From Bacteroidia bacterium (GTDB taxonomy: Bacteria; Bacteroidota; Bacteroidia; 2-12-FULL-35-15), in NCBI GenBank assembly GCA_049651825.1, contig JBASCV010000259.1:1-57799 (forward strand): DNA of 57,799 nucleotides, written 5' to 3'. How positions within the stretch are numbered: the stretch's first letter is position 1; the number at the start of each line of letters is the position of its first letter. Both the position numbers and the translations under genes were made by a program. Positions 28,201-36,738 of the stretch are shown here, piece after piece. Below the pieces are notes generated by a model. The model ran no database searches. It had not been told where the DNA came from and saw only the letters and a list, made by a program, of their open reading frames with translations.

Positions 28201-29764
28201 TGTTGAATTATGTATGAATGCTTCATCGCCAATGATTACGTTTACGGGAGAAAACGGAGTTTCGCCATATACATTTTTATATCAAATTGATAGTGGTTCA
28301 ATTCAAACAGCAATTAGTTCAAATGGTACTAATGTGGTGGGTCTTTCGGTACCCACAAATAGTGTTGATACGCTTGTTTATAAACTTATAACTGTTTCAG
28401 AAAGCAGCGCATCTGCTTGTGCTCAGTCGGTTTTAGATAGTATTCAGTTAATTATTAACCCATTACCCGTTGCTAATTTTAATGCTACTGAAATTTGTTT
28501 GTTCGATACTGTTGTGTTTACAAATACATCAACACTTTCGTTGGGTAATATCATTAGTTGGACTTGGAGCTTTGGTGATGATAATGGAACAAGTTTAATT
28601 CAAAATCCTAGTTACATTTATAATAGCGCAGGAATCTTTGCAACTACACTTGTTGTAAATTCTGACAATGGTTGTGTGGATACCATAGTTAAAAATGCAA
28701 TAGTGCATCCGCTGCCATTACCAGCGTTTAATACTACAAATGTATGCAATGGCGATTCTATGTTTTTTAATGGACAGTCAACCATTCCGTTTATGGATGT
28801 TATTCAAGATTGGAATTGGGATTTTGGTGATGGGAATACAAGTAATCAACAATATCCAAGTCACATGTACGCTAATGCAGGAATTTATAATGTGCAACTT
28901 ACCAATGTATCATCTTTTGGATGTATTGATTCAATTGCGAATAATTCTGAAGTGTATCATCTTCCTTACGTTGCTTTTGCAACTAGTGATTCTATTGGTT
29001 GCGAACCACTATGTGTTACGTTTCAGGATTTATCACTTATTCCTGTTGGCTCTAATACCCAATCATCATGGAGTGTTGGCGATGGCACTCCTGTAAGTAG
29101 TTCTTCTGAATTGTATCATTGTTATGAAGCAATTGATAGCACTCTGGCAAATAATTATGATGTAACATTAATAGTAACTTCAAATAATGGTTGTGTTAGT
29201 ACTCTTACTAAATCAAATTTAATAACGGTGTATCCAAAACCCGAAGCAGCGTTTATTGTTACTCCAAGTGTTACTACAATTATAGATCCTATCGTGCAGG
29301 TGCTTGATAATTCGGTTGGTGCCACAACGTGGTCTTGGGCGTTTGGTAATGGGGTATTATCATCTGTTAACAATCCTGCTCCCATAGTATATAGTGATAC
29401 TGGTCATTATATAATAAATTTAACAGTTACAAACCAGTATGGTTGTGTGGATATAGCTGATGGTTTAGTTGTTGTTGAGCCAGATTTTGCATTTTATGTG
29501 CCCAATGCGTTTACGCCCAATGATGATGGAATTAATGATAATTTTTCAGGAAAAGGAGTATTTATAGAAGAATACGAAATGCTAATTTTTGATAGATGGG
29601 GTGAGTTGGTTTACAAAACCAATGATATAGATAAACCTTGGGATGGCAGAGTAAATGGTGGTTCGGAAATGTCGAAGTCGGATGTTTATGTGTATAAAAT
29701 AACGGTAACAGATTTTAAATCAAATAGGCATAAATACAGGGGTACAGTAACACTGGTGCAGTAA
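22271..29764 (+). CDS. giant cell-surface protein (2497 aa) with a T9SS type-B (gliding motility-associated) C-terminal sorting domain
   Basis: Signal peptide MRAFLLYLFVFLFQFSFAQ, then a long Thr/Ser/Asn-rich beta region with DUF11/CARDB-like segments, four Cys-containing Ig-like repeats of about 95 aa, and four PKD-like domains (W-W-FGDG motifs). The C-terminus reads VPNAFTPNDDGINDNF...IFDRWGELVY...WDGR...GTVTLVQ. Confidence 0.9.
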   Translation: MRAFLLYLFVFLFQFSFAQGNMITINSTVPSQLTVCSEAKTFTISIYNPSPFLLTNDTLKLTLPVGIEYQQGTITGTGVSELNISAPSQPTFLLPSIPTLTYLNISFKAAATCNVLAFLSGGGIPENKVRVNYTANSNFTFDQHTTSSYIVRQPNISISNFTNQSYVGAIGDTYNRCVTVTNGGFGELHQFTLTDNHGSGLDVTAVSIGSWLTNGNNETITLTGANFTTIGDGDTLFENGESIVICETVNILNCISVGSAFEAYWGCNTQNCQSSISNANVVFPNLIPNLVFSPTPSMNTCMGNGDASAQQLRIINNGLGNAVNVQLDIFQTGGAGSGYQANLGSNIDTASFTIKNGIAGTFTHFSPTTSYATAPLNCMTNPQGRVLINIPLVEAGDTIYLKWNTYTCCYNACTNTGDYDINGWRYKGSYENICQSSYVVPEAWGRQYSRMRVAVNNNGSPSTLTNGQTGTFNFLFSIYENNFPAGPGAHWRFEVTLPPCIVYDPGTFLITRSNGTQTWAPSSVSVTGNVLTAIYSSTPPWSLLQAQLTFNATVDCSACGGGSSGTVTVQPSYIPNNTCACSIVPSCQTTSLSVICPSPCPEGMVFRYFEMKRTSYGLPDNEPGGGNGVPDVGGTLDFTKIKTDRALFGDTITCSFNGIVKTSLAYPSWQYCYAYSSISNGNRLTYIDASLTIYRGGVAIVNCNTFTPTVTNSGSTRRFNYNLSLTALGACANGYIYSNNDSVVFKPRYRVTSNIGNATPINCYSTNEYFMSDIPNPTLAANKFQCANYNGNTTLIGYYYTNHGPDDYVVQSCNDITINQNYYLSIGQCCNNYAGGNLFPFEYRNWAHIKTFTKIVPDGYNFVSAQFNQLRTSGTLVTTTNPTPPAWQSITPVNPNSDTLVFNVEQYFQGYGGTIPLSDDGFHGTLQVILQPSCEVTPTIAQPIKDSWLFAPTSYLTGTGSASTTVTVNQDSITYEAPHLFLQSTLPSINAPDSLVTWEVSISNLSNNSNAINTWLGIPEISGISIVEVFDVENNMSITPAGEIFQVGTVNATGVRNFKIKANFTSCLKDSIIVYSGWNCSDGYPTTVQTYPCNPKSIKLSLTPLMPALVVNVTAPSSTIELCDTAGYIVEGVNVQLGTAYQVTLTAILPAGVSIVPGSSQMSYPLTNPYVSIGDPVLVSGTTWRWNVSLADTTIGKDGLKGIIQNTLNKFKIIFNVTTNCGYTSGSTIAFNLQGIAACGMQTGQEVALSSQLGITGATPPYTTAIKLATTYISPCADNSVMNVSVKNLGPLSFSVTDSIYLQLPPGVTFVNGSFVGAHNPPLSGIPNQYNLNNSQYLGWKLPVGVAAGDSSVFAFSYSGNPSLLSCDISQFEARTTSSTNVLCTQSGTNCGINIATGDTALSVFTYKAYLSLSNASATSIVNAPSGETVTVNIDITNTGEAISSGANSILQFYYDANADGVYSSNDVFITQDTLVITNNSTLHYSQTFNVQAGNACAIIAAIQSASNPCVCNPSQILINPKLNLMGVDSVLCHGNTLTIGSLPVTGYSYSWLPVTGLSAANISNPILTASNNTTLPVVTSYTVTVSRMGCTARDTISITVNPLPISDAGTTINTCAYTGFDTIGTSTTIGYTYSWSPSNGLSDVTIANPLVDMGDADTTLYFVTTGALGCNSTDSVFVTINPLPTATISGSTVVCKDAAPPLILFTGAGATPPYTFVYTVNNDTNQVTTVNDNDTVSVIVPTTTTDTIVYALIEVKESSSLQCFQLQNSVATVVIKPLPTAIIAGDTSVCQYSNTPSITFIGANGTPPYTFNYRINNGTPLSVVSTNGDTATVWAPTTVAGSYIYELLSVEDAEPISCTQIQNGIATVIVNPLPTATITGTVDVCKNDAEPIITFVASGGTPPYTVLYSINSVAQIPLVTIGDTATITVPTAVAGVYTYALISVMDSSITTCVNMQSASAIVTVKELPTATITASAVELCMNASSPMITFTGENGVSPYTFLYQIDSGSIQTAISSNGTNVVGLSVPTNSVDTLVYKLITVSESSASACAQSVLDSIQLIINPLPVANFNATEICLFDTVVFTNTSTLSLGNIISWTWSFGDDNGTSLIQNPSYIYNSAGIFATTLVVNSDNGCVDTIVKNAIVHPLPLPAFNTTNVCNGDSMFFNGQSTIPFMDVIQDWNWDFGDGNTSNQQYPSHMYANAGIYNVQLTNVSSFGCIDSIANNSEVYHLPYVAFATSDSIGCEPLCVTFQDLSLIPVGSNTQSSWSVGDGTPVSSSSELYHCYEAIDSTLANNYDVTLIVTSNNGCVSTLTKSNLITVYPKPEAAFIVTPSVTTIIDPIVQVLDNSVGATTWSWAFGNGVLSSVNNPAPIVYSDTGHYIINLTVTNQYGCVDIADGLVVVEPDFAFYVPNAFTPNDDGINDNFSGKGVFIEEYEMLIFDRWGELVYKTNDIDKPWDGRVNGGSEMSKSDVYVYKITVTDFKSNRHKYRGTVTLVQ
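27317..28459 (+). repeat. four in-frame tandem domain repeats (period about 285 nt) inside the giant gene
   Basis: Repeat starts PLPTA-I-G at 27317, 27602, 27887 and about 28169. Each unit carries C...(I/L)(T/L)F.G..G.PPYT(F/V).Y..N...C. They are diverged at the DNA level. Confidence 0.8.
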
Positions 29765-29787
29765 AAATACTACAGCACCAGTGTTTT
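29750..29787 (+). terminator. rho-independent terminator overlapping the stop codon of the giant gene
   Basis: acactggtgc (29750-29759) pairs with gcaccagtgt (29775-29784), a 10-bp stem with a 15-nt loop, followed by a tttt run. Confidence 0.7.
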
Positions 29788-29821
29788 ATCTTAATTGTTT
29801 TAAATGTAATTAAGTTTTGTA

Positions 29822-30796
29822 TTAGTCAAATCGATGAGCGGTTTTATATAACTCTTCTTTAGAAAGATTTTTAAAGTATTCGTAAGTGATTTTTAATCCT
29901 TCGGCACGGTTTACTTTTGGTTCCCATCCTAAAATTTCACGCGCTTTTGTAATGTCTGGTTTGCGTTGTTTAGGGTCATCTTGAGGAAGCGGTTTTGAGA
30001 TTATTTTTTGAGAAGTTCCTGTCAATTTAATAATTTCTTCAGCAAATTCTCTAATGGTAATTTCTTGTGGATTGCCAATGTTTACAGGTTGTACATAGTC
30101 GCTCATCAATAGTCGGTAAATACCTTCTACTAAATCATCAACATAGCAAAATGAGCGCGTTTGTGAGCCATCGCCAAACATGGTAAGGTCTTCGCCACGT
30201 AATGCCTGACCAATAAATGCAGGCAACACACGTCCATCATTTAGGCGCATACGAGGTCCGTAAGTATTAAAAATTCGTATTATACGCGTTTCTACTCCGT
30301 GATAGGTATGGTAAGCCATGGTCATCGCTTCCATAAAGCGTTTTGCTTCATCATATACTCCACGTGGACCAACAGGGTTTACATTGCCCCAATATTCTTC
30401 TGTTTGCGGGTGTATCAATGGGTCGCCATATACTTCGGAGGTAGATGCTACCAATATTCGTGCTTTTTTAGCTTTAGCAAGTCCAAGCAGGTTGTGAGTG
30501 CCAAGTGAACTAACTTTTAATGTTTGAATAGGAATTTTTAAATAGTCGATAGGTGATGCTGGTGATGCAAAATGTAAGATATAATCCAGTTCGCCTGGTA
30601 CATAAACAAACTTTGAAACATCGTGATGATAGAATTCGAAATTTTCTAGCTTCATCAAATGTTCAATATTTTTAATGTCACCAGTAATAAGGTTATCCAT
30701 ACCAATAACATAATACCCTTCTTTTATAAATCTGTCGCACAAATGGGAGCCTAAAAAGCCTGCTGCACCCGTTATTAAAATTCGTTTGTTTTTCAC
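29822..30796 (-). CDS. uxs: UDP-glucuronate decarboxylase (UDP-xylose synthase-like SDR)
   Basis: [14 protein letters not shown] Rossmann motif and YDEAKR (YxxxK), with strong UXS-like blocks throughout. I prefer the GTG at 30796 ([10 protein letters not shown]) to the track TTG at 30853, because it removes the 35-nt overlap with ugd. Confidence 0.8.
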   Translation of the reverse strand: MKNKRILITGAAGFLGSHLCDRFIKEGYYVIGMDNLITGDIKNIEHLMKLENFEFYHHDVSKFVYVPGELDYILHFASPASPIDYLKIPIQTLKVSSLGTHNLLGLAKAKKARILVASTSEVYGDPLIHPQTEEYWGNVNPVGPRGVYDEAKRFMEAMTMAYHTYHGVETRIIRIFNTYGPRMRLNDGRVLPAFIGQALRGEDLTMFGDGSQTRSFCYVDDLVEGIYRLLMSDYVQPVNIGNPQEITIREFAEEIIKLTGTSQKIISKPLPQDDPKQRKPDITKAREILGWEPKVNRAEGLKITYEYFKNLSKEELYKTAHRFD

Positions 30797-30818
30797 TTCT
30801 TTACTTTTTATAAACCAA

Positions 30819-32144
30819 TTAATTGTTTCCTCTTCCAATACTATAATAATCAAACCCTAGCTCTTTCATTTGTTGGATACCGTACAAATTGCGTCCGTCA
30901 AAAATTGTTTTGTTTTTTAACAATGAAGCCATTTTTTCAAAATCCGGAGTTCTGAAAACACTCCATTCTGTGGCAATTAATAAAGCATCTGCATCACGCA
31001 AGGCATCGTATTCGTCCATTGCGTAGGTGATTTTATCGCCTACTACATTTCTTACATTGTGCATAGCTTCGGGGTCGTAAGCACTAATTGTAACGCCTTC
31101 TTTTAAAAGGGCTTCAATAATGTACAATGCAGGTGCTTCGCGTATATCATCAGTATCAGGTTTGAATGCCAATCCCCACAATGCAATTTTTTTATTTTTT
31201 AAATCGTTGTTGAAGTGTTTTTTTATTTTAGGTACAATAATGGTTTTTTGTTTGTTGTTAATGTCCATTACCGCATCTAAAATTTTAAAATCGTAGCTTA
31301 CTTCATGTGCCGATTTTGCTAGTGCTTGAACATCTTTTGGAAAACAACTCCCACCATAACCAATGCCTGGAAATAAAAAACGTTTTCCGATTCGTTCATC
31401 CGAACCAATACCAATACGTACAGCATCTACATCCGCTCCTAATTTTTCGCACAGGTTAGCAATTTCATTCATGAACGTAATTTTTGTTGCCAAAAACGCA
31501 TTTGCAGCATATTTGGTAAGCTCTGCAGAACGTTCATCCATAAATATGATTGGATTGCCTTGACGCACATAAGGTCTGTAAAGATCTTCCATAAGTTTAC
31601 GTGCCTTTTCTGAACTGGTTCCAATAACCACTCGGTCGGGTTTCATAAAGTCGTCAACAGCAAATCCTTCACGTAAAAATTCAGGGTTGGAAACTACATC
31701 AAACAACTCTTTAGCTATAGCATCTTTGGGCAAATTTTCAGCAATTGCTTTTTGCACTTTTTCTGCAGTCCCTACAGGAACGGTACTTTTATCAACAATA
31801 ACTTTATAATCTTTTATTAGCTTTCCTAAATCTTTAGATACGCCTAATATATAGCTTAAATCAGCCGATCCATCTTCGCCTGGAGGCGTTGGTAAGGCTA
31901 GAAAAATAATTTTAGCTTTTTCAATCGCCTCTGCTAAGTTGGTTGTAAATGTTAGGCGCCCTTGTTTAATGTTGCGTTCGAACAAGGCATCTAAATGCGG
32001 CTCATAAATAGGTACAATACCTGCCTGCATTTTTTGAACCTTGTCAGCGTTGATATCAACACATATTACATGATTTCCGGTTTCGGCCAAACATGTACCT
32101 GTTACTAAACCTACATAACCCGTTCCTACTACTGCTATATTCAT
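30819..32144 (-). CDS. ugd: UDP-glucose 6-dehydrogenase
   Basis: 441 aa with [16 protein letters not shown] and the catalytic-Cys block [10 protein letters not shown]. Confidence 0.9.
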   Translation of the reverse strand: MNIAVVGTGYVGLVTGTCLAETGNHVICVDINADKVQKMQAGIVPIYEPHLDALFERNIKQGRLTFTTNLAEAIEKAKIIFLALPTPPGEDGSADLSYILGVSKDLGKLIKDYKVIVDKSTVPVGTAEKVQKAIAENLPKDAIAKELFDVVSNPEFLREGFAVDDFMKPDRVVIGTSSEKARKLMEDLYRPYVRQGNPIIFMDERSAELTKYAANAFLATKITFMNEIANLCEKLGADVDAVRIGIGSDERIGKRFLFPGIGYGGSCFPKDVQALAKSAHEVSYDFKILDAVMDINNKQKTIIVPKIKKHFNNDLKNKKIALWGLAFKPDTDDIREAPALYIIEALLKEGVTISAYDPEAMHNVRNVVGDKITYAMDEYDALRDADALLIATEWSVFRTPDFEKMASLLKNKTIFDGRNLYGIQQMKELGFDYYSIGRGNN

Positions 32145-32231
32145 TTTTAAAGATTTAATACTTAAGATTTAAGGTTTAAGATTTATTCCGTTTATAAACT
32201 CAATAAATCTAAAATTCAACAAATCAAAAAT

Positions 32232-33371
32232 TTATTTAACAAATTCCAATACACTATCTGTAATGTATTTCAAGGTTTCTTCTTCCAACTCGGTGTGCAT
32301 TGGTAATGAAATAACGGAAGCACAAAGTTTTTCGGTTACAGGAAAATCGCCTGCTTTGTAGCGTGGGTTGATATAAGCTTTTTGCATGTGCAATGGAATA
32401 GGGTAATATACCATTGCTGGAATTTCTTTCGATGCTAAATAATCTTTTAAAGCAGCTCTGTCAACTCCGTTTAATTGTAAGGTGTATTGATGAAACACGT
32501 GGTTTGAAAAGCTTGCACGAGCAGGTGTTTTAATTTTGGGATGATTTGCAAATGCTTTATCGTAGTAGTTTGCAACGGTATTTCGTGCTTTAGCGTAATT
32601 ATCCAAATCGCGTAATTTAACACGCAAAATAGCTGCTTGTATACTATCTAAACGAGAGTTTACACCAATTGAATCGTGCACGTATTGTACTGATTGTCCG
32701 TGATTAGCAATCATTCTGATTTTTGCGGCTAATGCATCATCGTTGGTAAACAATGCTCCACCATCGCCATAGCAACCTAAATTTTTAGAAGGAAAAAATG
32801 AGGTACAACCTATTGTTCCTATTGTTCCTGCCTTTTTCTTTGAACCGTCTTTGTAAAAATAATCAGCACCAATAGCTTGTGCTGTATCTTCAATAACATA
32901 TAAATTGTGGTTTTTAGCAAGTGCCATTATTGCTTCCATATTGGCACATTGACCAAATAAATGCACGGGAACAATTGCTTTTGTTTTAGGAGTAATTGCT
33001 TTTTCAATAGCCGTTACATCAATATCAAATGTATCAGGAATAACATCAACAAGTACAGGCTTTAAGCCTAGTAAGCCAATTACTTCTGCTGTAGCAACAT
33101 AAGTAAAATCGGCTGTAATAACTTCATCTCCCGGTTTTAAATCCAATGCCATCATTGCAATTTGTAAGGCATCTGTTCCGTTTGCACAAGGGATAACATG
33201 TTTTACGTTTAAATATTTTTCTAAATCGGCCTGAAATGCTTTTACTTCCGGACCATTTATAAATGTTGTAGTATTGATAACATTTTGAATAGCCGAATCA
33301 ACTTCGTTTTTAATTTTTTCGTATTGACTTTTTAAGTCAACCATTTGGATTTTCTTTGCTACTTTTTCCAT
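32232..33371 (-). CDS. DegT/DnrJ/EryC1/StrS family sugar aminotransferase
   Basis: 379 aa with FINGPEVKAFQ, CANGTDALQIAMMAL and SFFPSKNLG (PLP-lysine context). Confidence 0.85.
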   Translation of the reverse strand: MEKVAKKIQMVDLKSQYEKIKNEVDSAIQNVINTTTFINGPEVKAFQADLEKYLNVKHVIPCANGTDALQIAMMALDLKPGDEVITADFTYVATAEVIGLLGLKPVLVDVIPDTFDIDVTAIEKAITPKTKAIVPVHLFGQCANMEAIMALAKNHNLYVIEDTAQAIGADYFYKDGSKKKAGTIGTIGCTSFFPSKNLGCYGDGGALFTNDDALAAKIRMIANHGQSVQYVHDSIGVNSRLDSIQAAILRVKLRDLDNYAKARNTVANYYDKAFANHPKIKTPARASFSNHVFHQYTLQLNGVDRAALKDYLASKEIPAMVYYPIPLHMQKAYINPRYKAGDFPVTEKLCASVISLPMHTELEEETLKYITDSVLEFVK

Positions 33372-33489
33372 TTTTATACCTTGTTTATTAGAAATGCGAA
33401 TATAATTAAAATAAACGAATGTAACTAACGTTTAAGGCTTAGAATTAGCCATAAATTTAATGTATATTAGCACCTCTTTTATGATTTAT

Positions 33490-34242
33490 ATGCGATACTC
33501 TTTTTTGTTTTTTATTTTTTATTTTTTCTCTTTAGTTGCCATTGCGCAGGTTAGTATCAAAGATTCATCTATTGCTACGCCTTTGGTTGGCATTTCTTAT
33601 GGTTACTATGTGCCAGGAGGCGATTTGGCAAAACGTTTTGGTCATAATTCATCCTTACAATTGAGTGTTGATTATAAAACAAAAAAACAATGGATGTTTG
33701 GTGTAAATGGTAGTTATTTTTTTGGAAAAGATATTAAAGAAACGAGCATTTTTGATAGTATAAAAAATGCTGATGGAAATATCATCAATAGAAATGGAGA
33801 ATTTGCTGATATTCGACTGTACGAGCGAGGAATAACATTTTCTGTTACAGCAGGCCGACTATTTGCTTTAGGTAAGCCAAATCTTAATTCGGGCCTTGTT
33901 GCCAATGTGGGTGTTGGTTTTTTACAACATAAAATACGAATAGAAACTATTGGAAACAATGTACCTCAGTTAGATAAAGAATATAAAAAAGGGTATGATC
34001 GCTTAACAAATGGGCTGTTGTTATCGGAGAATATAGGTTATTTGTATTTGAGCAACAATAGGCTTTTGAATTTTTATGTTGGTTTAGAATTTATGCAGGG
34101 TTTTACACAAAGTCGCAGAAGTTACGATTACGATTTGATGAAACAGGATACTCAAAAAAGATTAGATATGTTTTATGGCGGAAAAATAGCATGGATATTG
34201 CCATTGTACAAAAAAGCACCTCAGGAATTTTATATTTATTAG
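33490..34242 (+). CDS. hypothetical outer-membrane beta-barrel-like protein
   Basis: Signal peptide MRYSFLFFIFYFFSLVAIAQ, alternating beta-strand-like sequence and a C-terminal aromatic residue (EFYIY). The start is uncertain (33460, 33481 or 33490). Confidence 0.45.
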   Translation: MRYSFLFFIFYFFSLVAIAQVSIKDSSIATPLVGISYGYYVPGGDLAKRFGHNSSLQLSVDYKTKKQWMFGVNGSYFFGKDIKETSIFDSIKNADGNIINRNGEFADIRLYERGITFSVTAGRLFALGKPNLNSGLVANVGVGFLQHKIRIETIGNNVPQLDKEYKKGYDRLTNGLLLSENIGYLYLSNNRLLNFYVGLEFMQGFTQSRRSYDYDLMKQDTQKRLDMFYGGKIAWILPLYKKAPQEFYIY

Positions 34243-34264
34243 GGTGTTTGTCAACTATTAATCA

Positions 34265-35512
34265 ATGAATTTTTTTTACAACATTTTTGTTTATCTATAC
34301 GGGCTTGCAATAAGAATAGCTTCGCTATTTAATAAAAAAGCAGGATTGTGGGTTAGTGGCAGAAAAAACATTTTTCATAAGCTTGAATTGGATTTTAAAA
34401 ATCGCATAACTAACGAAGTTTTAGTGTGGGTGCATTGTGCTTCTCTTGGCGAGTTTGAACAGGGGCGACCAATTATTGAAAAAATAAAAAAAGAAAAAGT
34501 AGGAGTAAAAATATTGCTTACTTTTTTTTCGCCATCGGGCTTTGAAATTCGAAAAAATTACAATCAAGCAGATTATATATATTATTTACCGCTTGATACA
34601 CCCGATGCTGCTCAACTATTTGTGCGTTTAGTAAAACCCAATGTCGCTATTTTTGTGAAGTATGAATTTTGGTTCAATTATTTGAATGAACTAAAAAAAC
34701 AAAATGTACCAACCTATTTAGTTTCTGGTGTTTTTAGAGCAAATCATTATTTTTTTAAATCGTATGGAAGCTGGTTTAGAAAGCAGCTTTCCGCCTTTAC
34801 TTATTTTTATTTGCAAGATAGTGCTTCTGAAAAATTGTTGAATGATATTGGTTATACAAACACTACTGTTGCTGGCGATACACGGTTTGATAGAGTGTTG
34901 GAAATATCTAAAAATGTAAAAGGAATTAATTTTATAAAACAATTTGTTAATAGTAAAAAAGTAATTGTTGCGGGTAGTACTTGGGATGCTGATATAGATG
35001 TATTAAGTGCTGTAAATGTTAGTGATTACAAGTTAATTATTGCACCGCATGAAGTAACAGAAAAAAATATTCAATCGGTTATTCAAAAAATTAAAGAGTC
35101 AAATTATTCACCTGTGAAAACTCTTCGTTATTCACAATTAAATCAACAAATGGATTTCAATGCAGAGGTGTTGATAATTGACAATGTTGGTATGCTTTCA
35201 TCTTTGTATCAATATGGAACTCTTGCCTTTATTGGTGGTGGTTTTGGTAAAGGCATACACAATATTTTAGAGGCGGCTACATTTGGTTTACCTGTTGTGT
35301 TTGGCCCTAATTACCAAAAATTTAATGAAGCCAAAGAGTTGATAAAAAAAGGTGGTGCATTTTCAGTTGTTAATGCTCCTGAGTTTAAAAAAGTAATCGC
35401 TCTATTGACTGATACAGATGCTTTGCAAAAAGCCTCACTAGTAGCAAAACATTATGTAGAATCGAATGCCGGAGCTACTGAAAAAATAGTTGTTTCGCTA
35501 ACTTTTAAATAA
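34265..35512 (+). CDS. waaA: 3-deoxy-D-manno-octulosonic acid (Kdo) transferase
   Basis: 415 aa with an N-terminal anchor, WVHCASLGEFEQGRPII and a C-terminal glycosyltransferase block (GGGFGKGIHNILEAA). Confidence 0.85.
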   Translation: MNFFYNIFVYLYGLAIRIASLFNKKAGLWVSGRKNIFHKLELDFKNRITNEVLVWVHCASLGEFEQGRPIIEKIKKEKVGVKILLTFFSPSGFEIRKNYNQADYIYYLPLDTPDAAQLFVRLVKPNVAIFVKYEFWFNYLNELKKQNVPTYLVSGVFRANHYFFKSYGSWFRKQLSAFTYFYLQDSASEKLLNDIGYTNTTVAGDTRFDRVLEISKNVKGINFIKQFVNSKKVIVAGSTWDADIDVLSAVNVSDYKLIIAPHEVTEKNIQSVIQKIKESNYSPVKTLRYSQLNQQMDFNAEVLIIDNVGMLSSLYQYGTLAFIGGGFGKGIHNILEAATFGLPVVFGPNYQKFNEAKELIKKGGAFSVVNAPEFKKVIALLTDTDALQKASLVAKHYVESNAGATEKIVVSLTFK

Positions 35513-35551
35513 ACAGTATCTTTGTTTTATAATTAACAACTAATACCTAAT

Positions 35552-36526
35552 ATGGCACGCATACTTACCGGAATTCAAAGCACAAATATTCCTCATCTTG
35601 GAAACATTTTAGGGGCAATTATGCCAGCAATTGAATTGTCGAAAAAAGCAGAAAACGATTCCTTCTTTTTTATTGCCGATTTACATTCATTAACAACTAT
35701 TAAGGATGCAGAATTTTTGAAAAATAGCACTGATGCTGTTGCTGCAACGTGGTTGGCATTTGGCTTTGATACCGATAAAAATGTGTTTTACCGCCAAAGC
35801 GATGTGCCTGAAGTGTGCGAACTTACATGGTATTTAAATTGTTTTACGCCATTTCCAATGCTTGCGAATGCGCATTCGTTTAAGGATAAATCGGAGCGTT
35901 TGGCGGATGTAAATGCTGGCTTATTTACCTATCCAGTACTAATGACTGCCGATATTATTTTATATGATGCTAATTTGGTTCCTGTTGGTAAAGATCAGCT
36001 TCAGCACCTTGAAATGGCTAGGGATATAGCCGAAAAGGTAAATCATAAAATGGGAGAGGTGTTTGTTGTGCCACAGGCCAAAATAGATGAAGCGGTGATG
36101 ATTGTGCCAGGTATTGACGGTCAGAAGATGAGTAAATCATATAATAATTTCATCAATATATTTTTACCCGAAAAAGAATTAAAAAAAGTGGTGATGAGTA
36201 TTGTTACCGATGCAACTCCGCTAGAAGCACCTAAAAATACAAACACTTGTAATGTTTTTGCTTTATATAAATTATTAGCAACATCTTCCCAAACAGAAGA
36301 AATGCGTGCAAATTACGAACGAGGTGGTTATGGCTATGGTCATGCAAAAACAGCACTTTTTGAGCTTATTTTAGAAAAATTTAAAAACCAGCGAGAGCAA
36401 TATAATTACTATATGAACAACCGAAGTGAGCTAGACGCAAAACTTCAAATAGGTGCTGATAAAGCACGTGTTGTTGCGCAAGCCACGTTAAAGCGCCTTA
36501 GAGAAAAATTGGGTTTAAGGGCTTGA
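35552..36526 (+). CDS. trpS: tryptophan--tRNA ligase
   Basis: 324 aa with the class I signatures PHLGN (HIGH-like) and KMSKS. Confidence 0.9.
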   Translation: MARILTGIQSTNIPHLGNILGAIMPAIELSKKAENDSFFFIADLHSLTTIKDAEFLKNSTDAVAATWLAFGFDTDKNVFYRQSDVPEVCELTWYLNCFTPFPMLANAHSFKDKSERLADVNAGLFTYPVLMTADIILYDANLVPVGKDQLQHLEMARDIAEKVNHKMGEVFVVPQAKIDEAVMIVPGIDGQKMSKSYNNFINIFLPEKELKKVVMSIVTDATPLEAPKNTNTCNVFALYKLLATSSQTEEMRANYERGGYGYGHAKTALFELILEKFKNQREQYNYYMNNRSELDAKLQIGADKARVVAQATLKRLREKLGLRA

Positions 36527-36738
36527 TATACAGTGGTTAAGCAAGTTGGAGGGGTTGGGCGATTCATCAAAACGTATTCAAATTATTGCTATTCATTTAT
36601 TTAAATTGAAAGTTTATTACAAAGTGCTAATTGGTTAAAAGCCTTTACAAATAGTTATTTTGTTCTATAAATAAGGTTGCCAAGCAAATAAATTCGTAAA
36701 TTTCGCTTTCTTATACATTAAAATAGTTATTTTAAAAT

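Noticed and set aside
27317-28459. Regularly spaced repeats that might suggest a CRISPR-like array.
   Set aside because: The period is 285 nt. The copies are diverged, in frame, and encode Ig-like protein domains inside the giant adhesin gene. There are no short identical repeats with unique spacers anywhere in the window.
30797-30853. An apparent 35-nt overlap of uxs with ugd.
   Set aside because: It is an artefact of taking the most upstream TTG. The GTG at 30796 gives the canonical N-terminus and leaves a 22-nt spacer.
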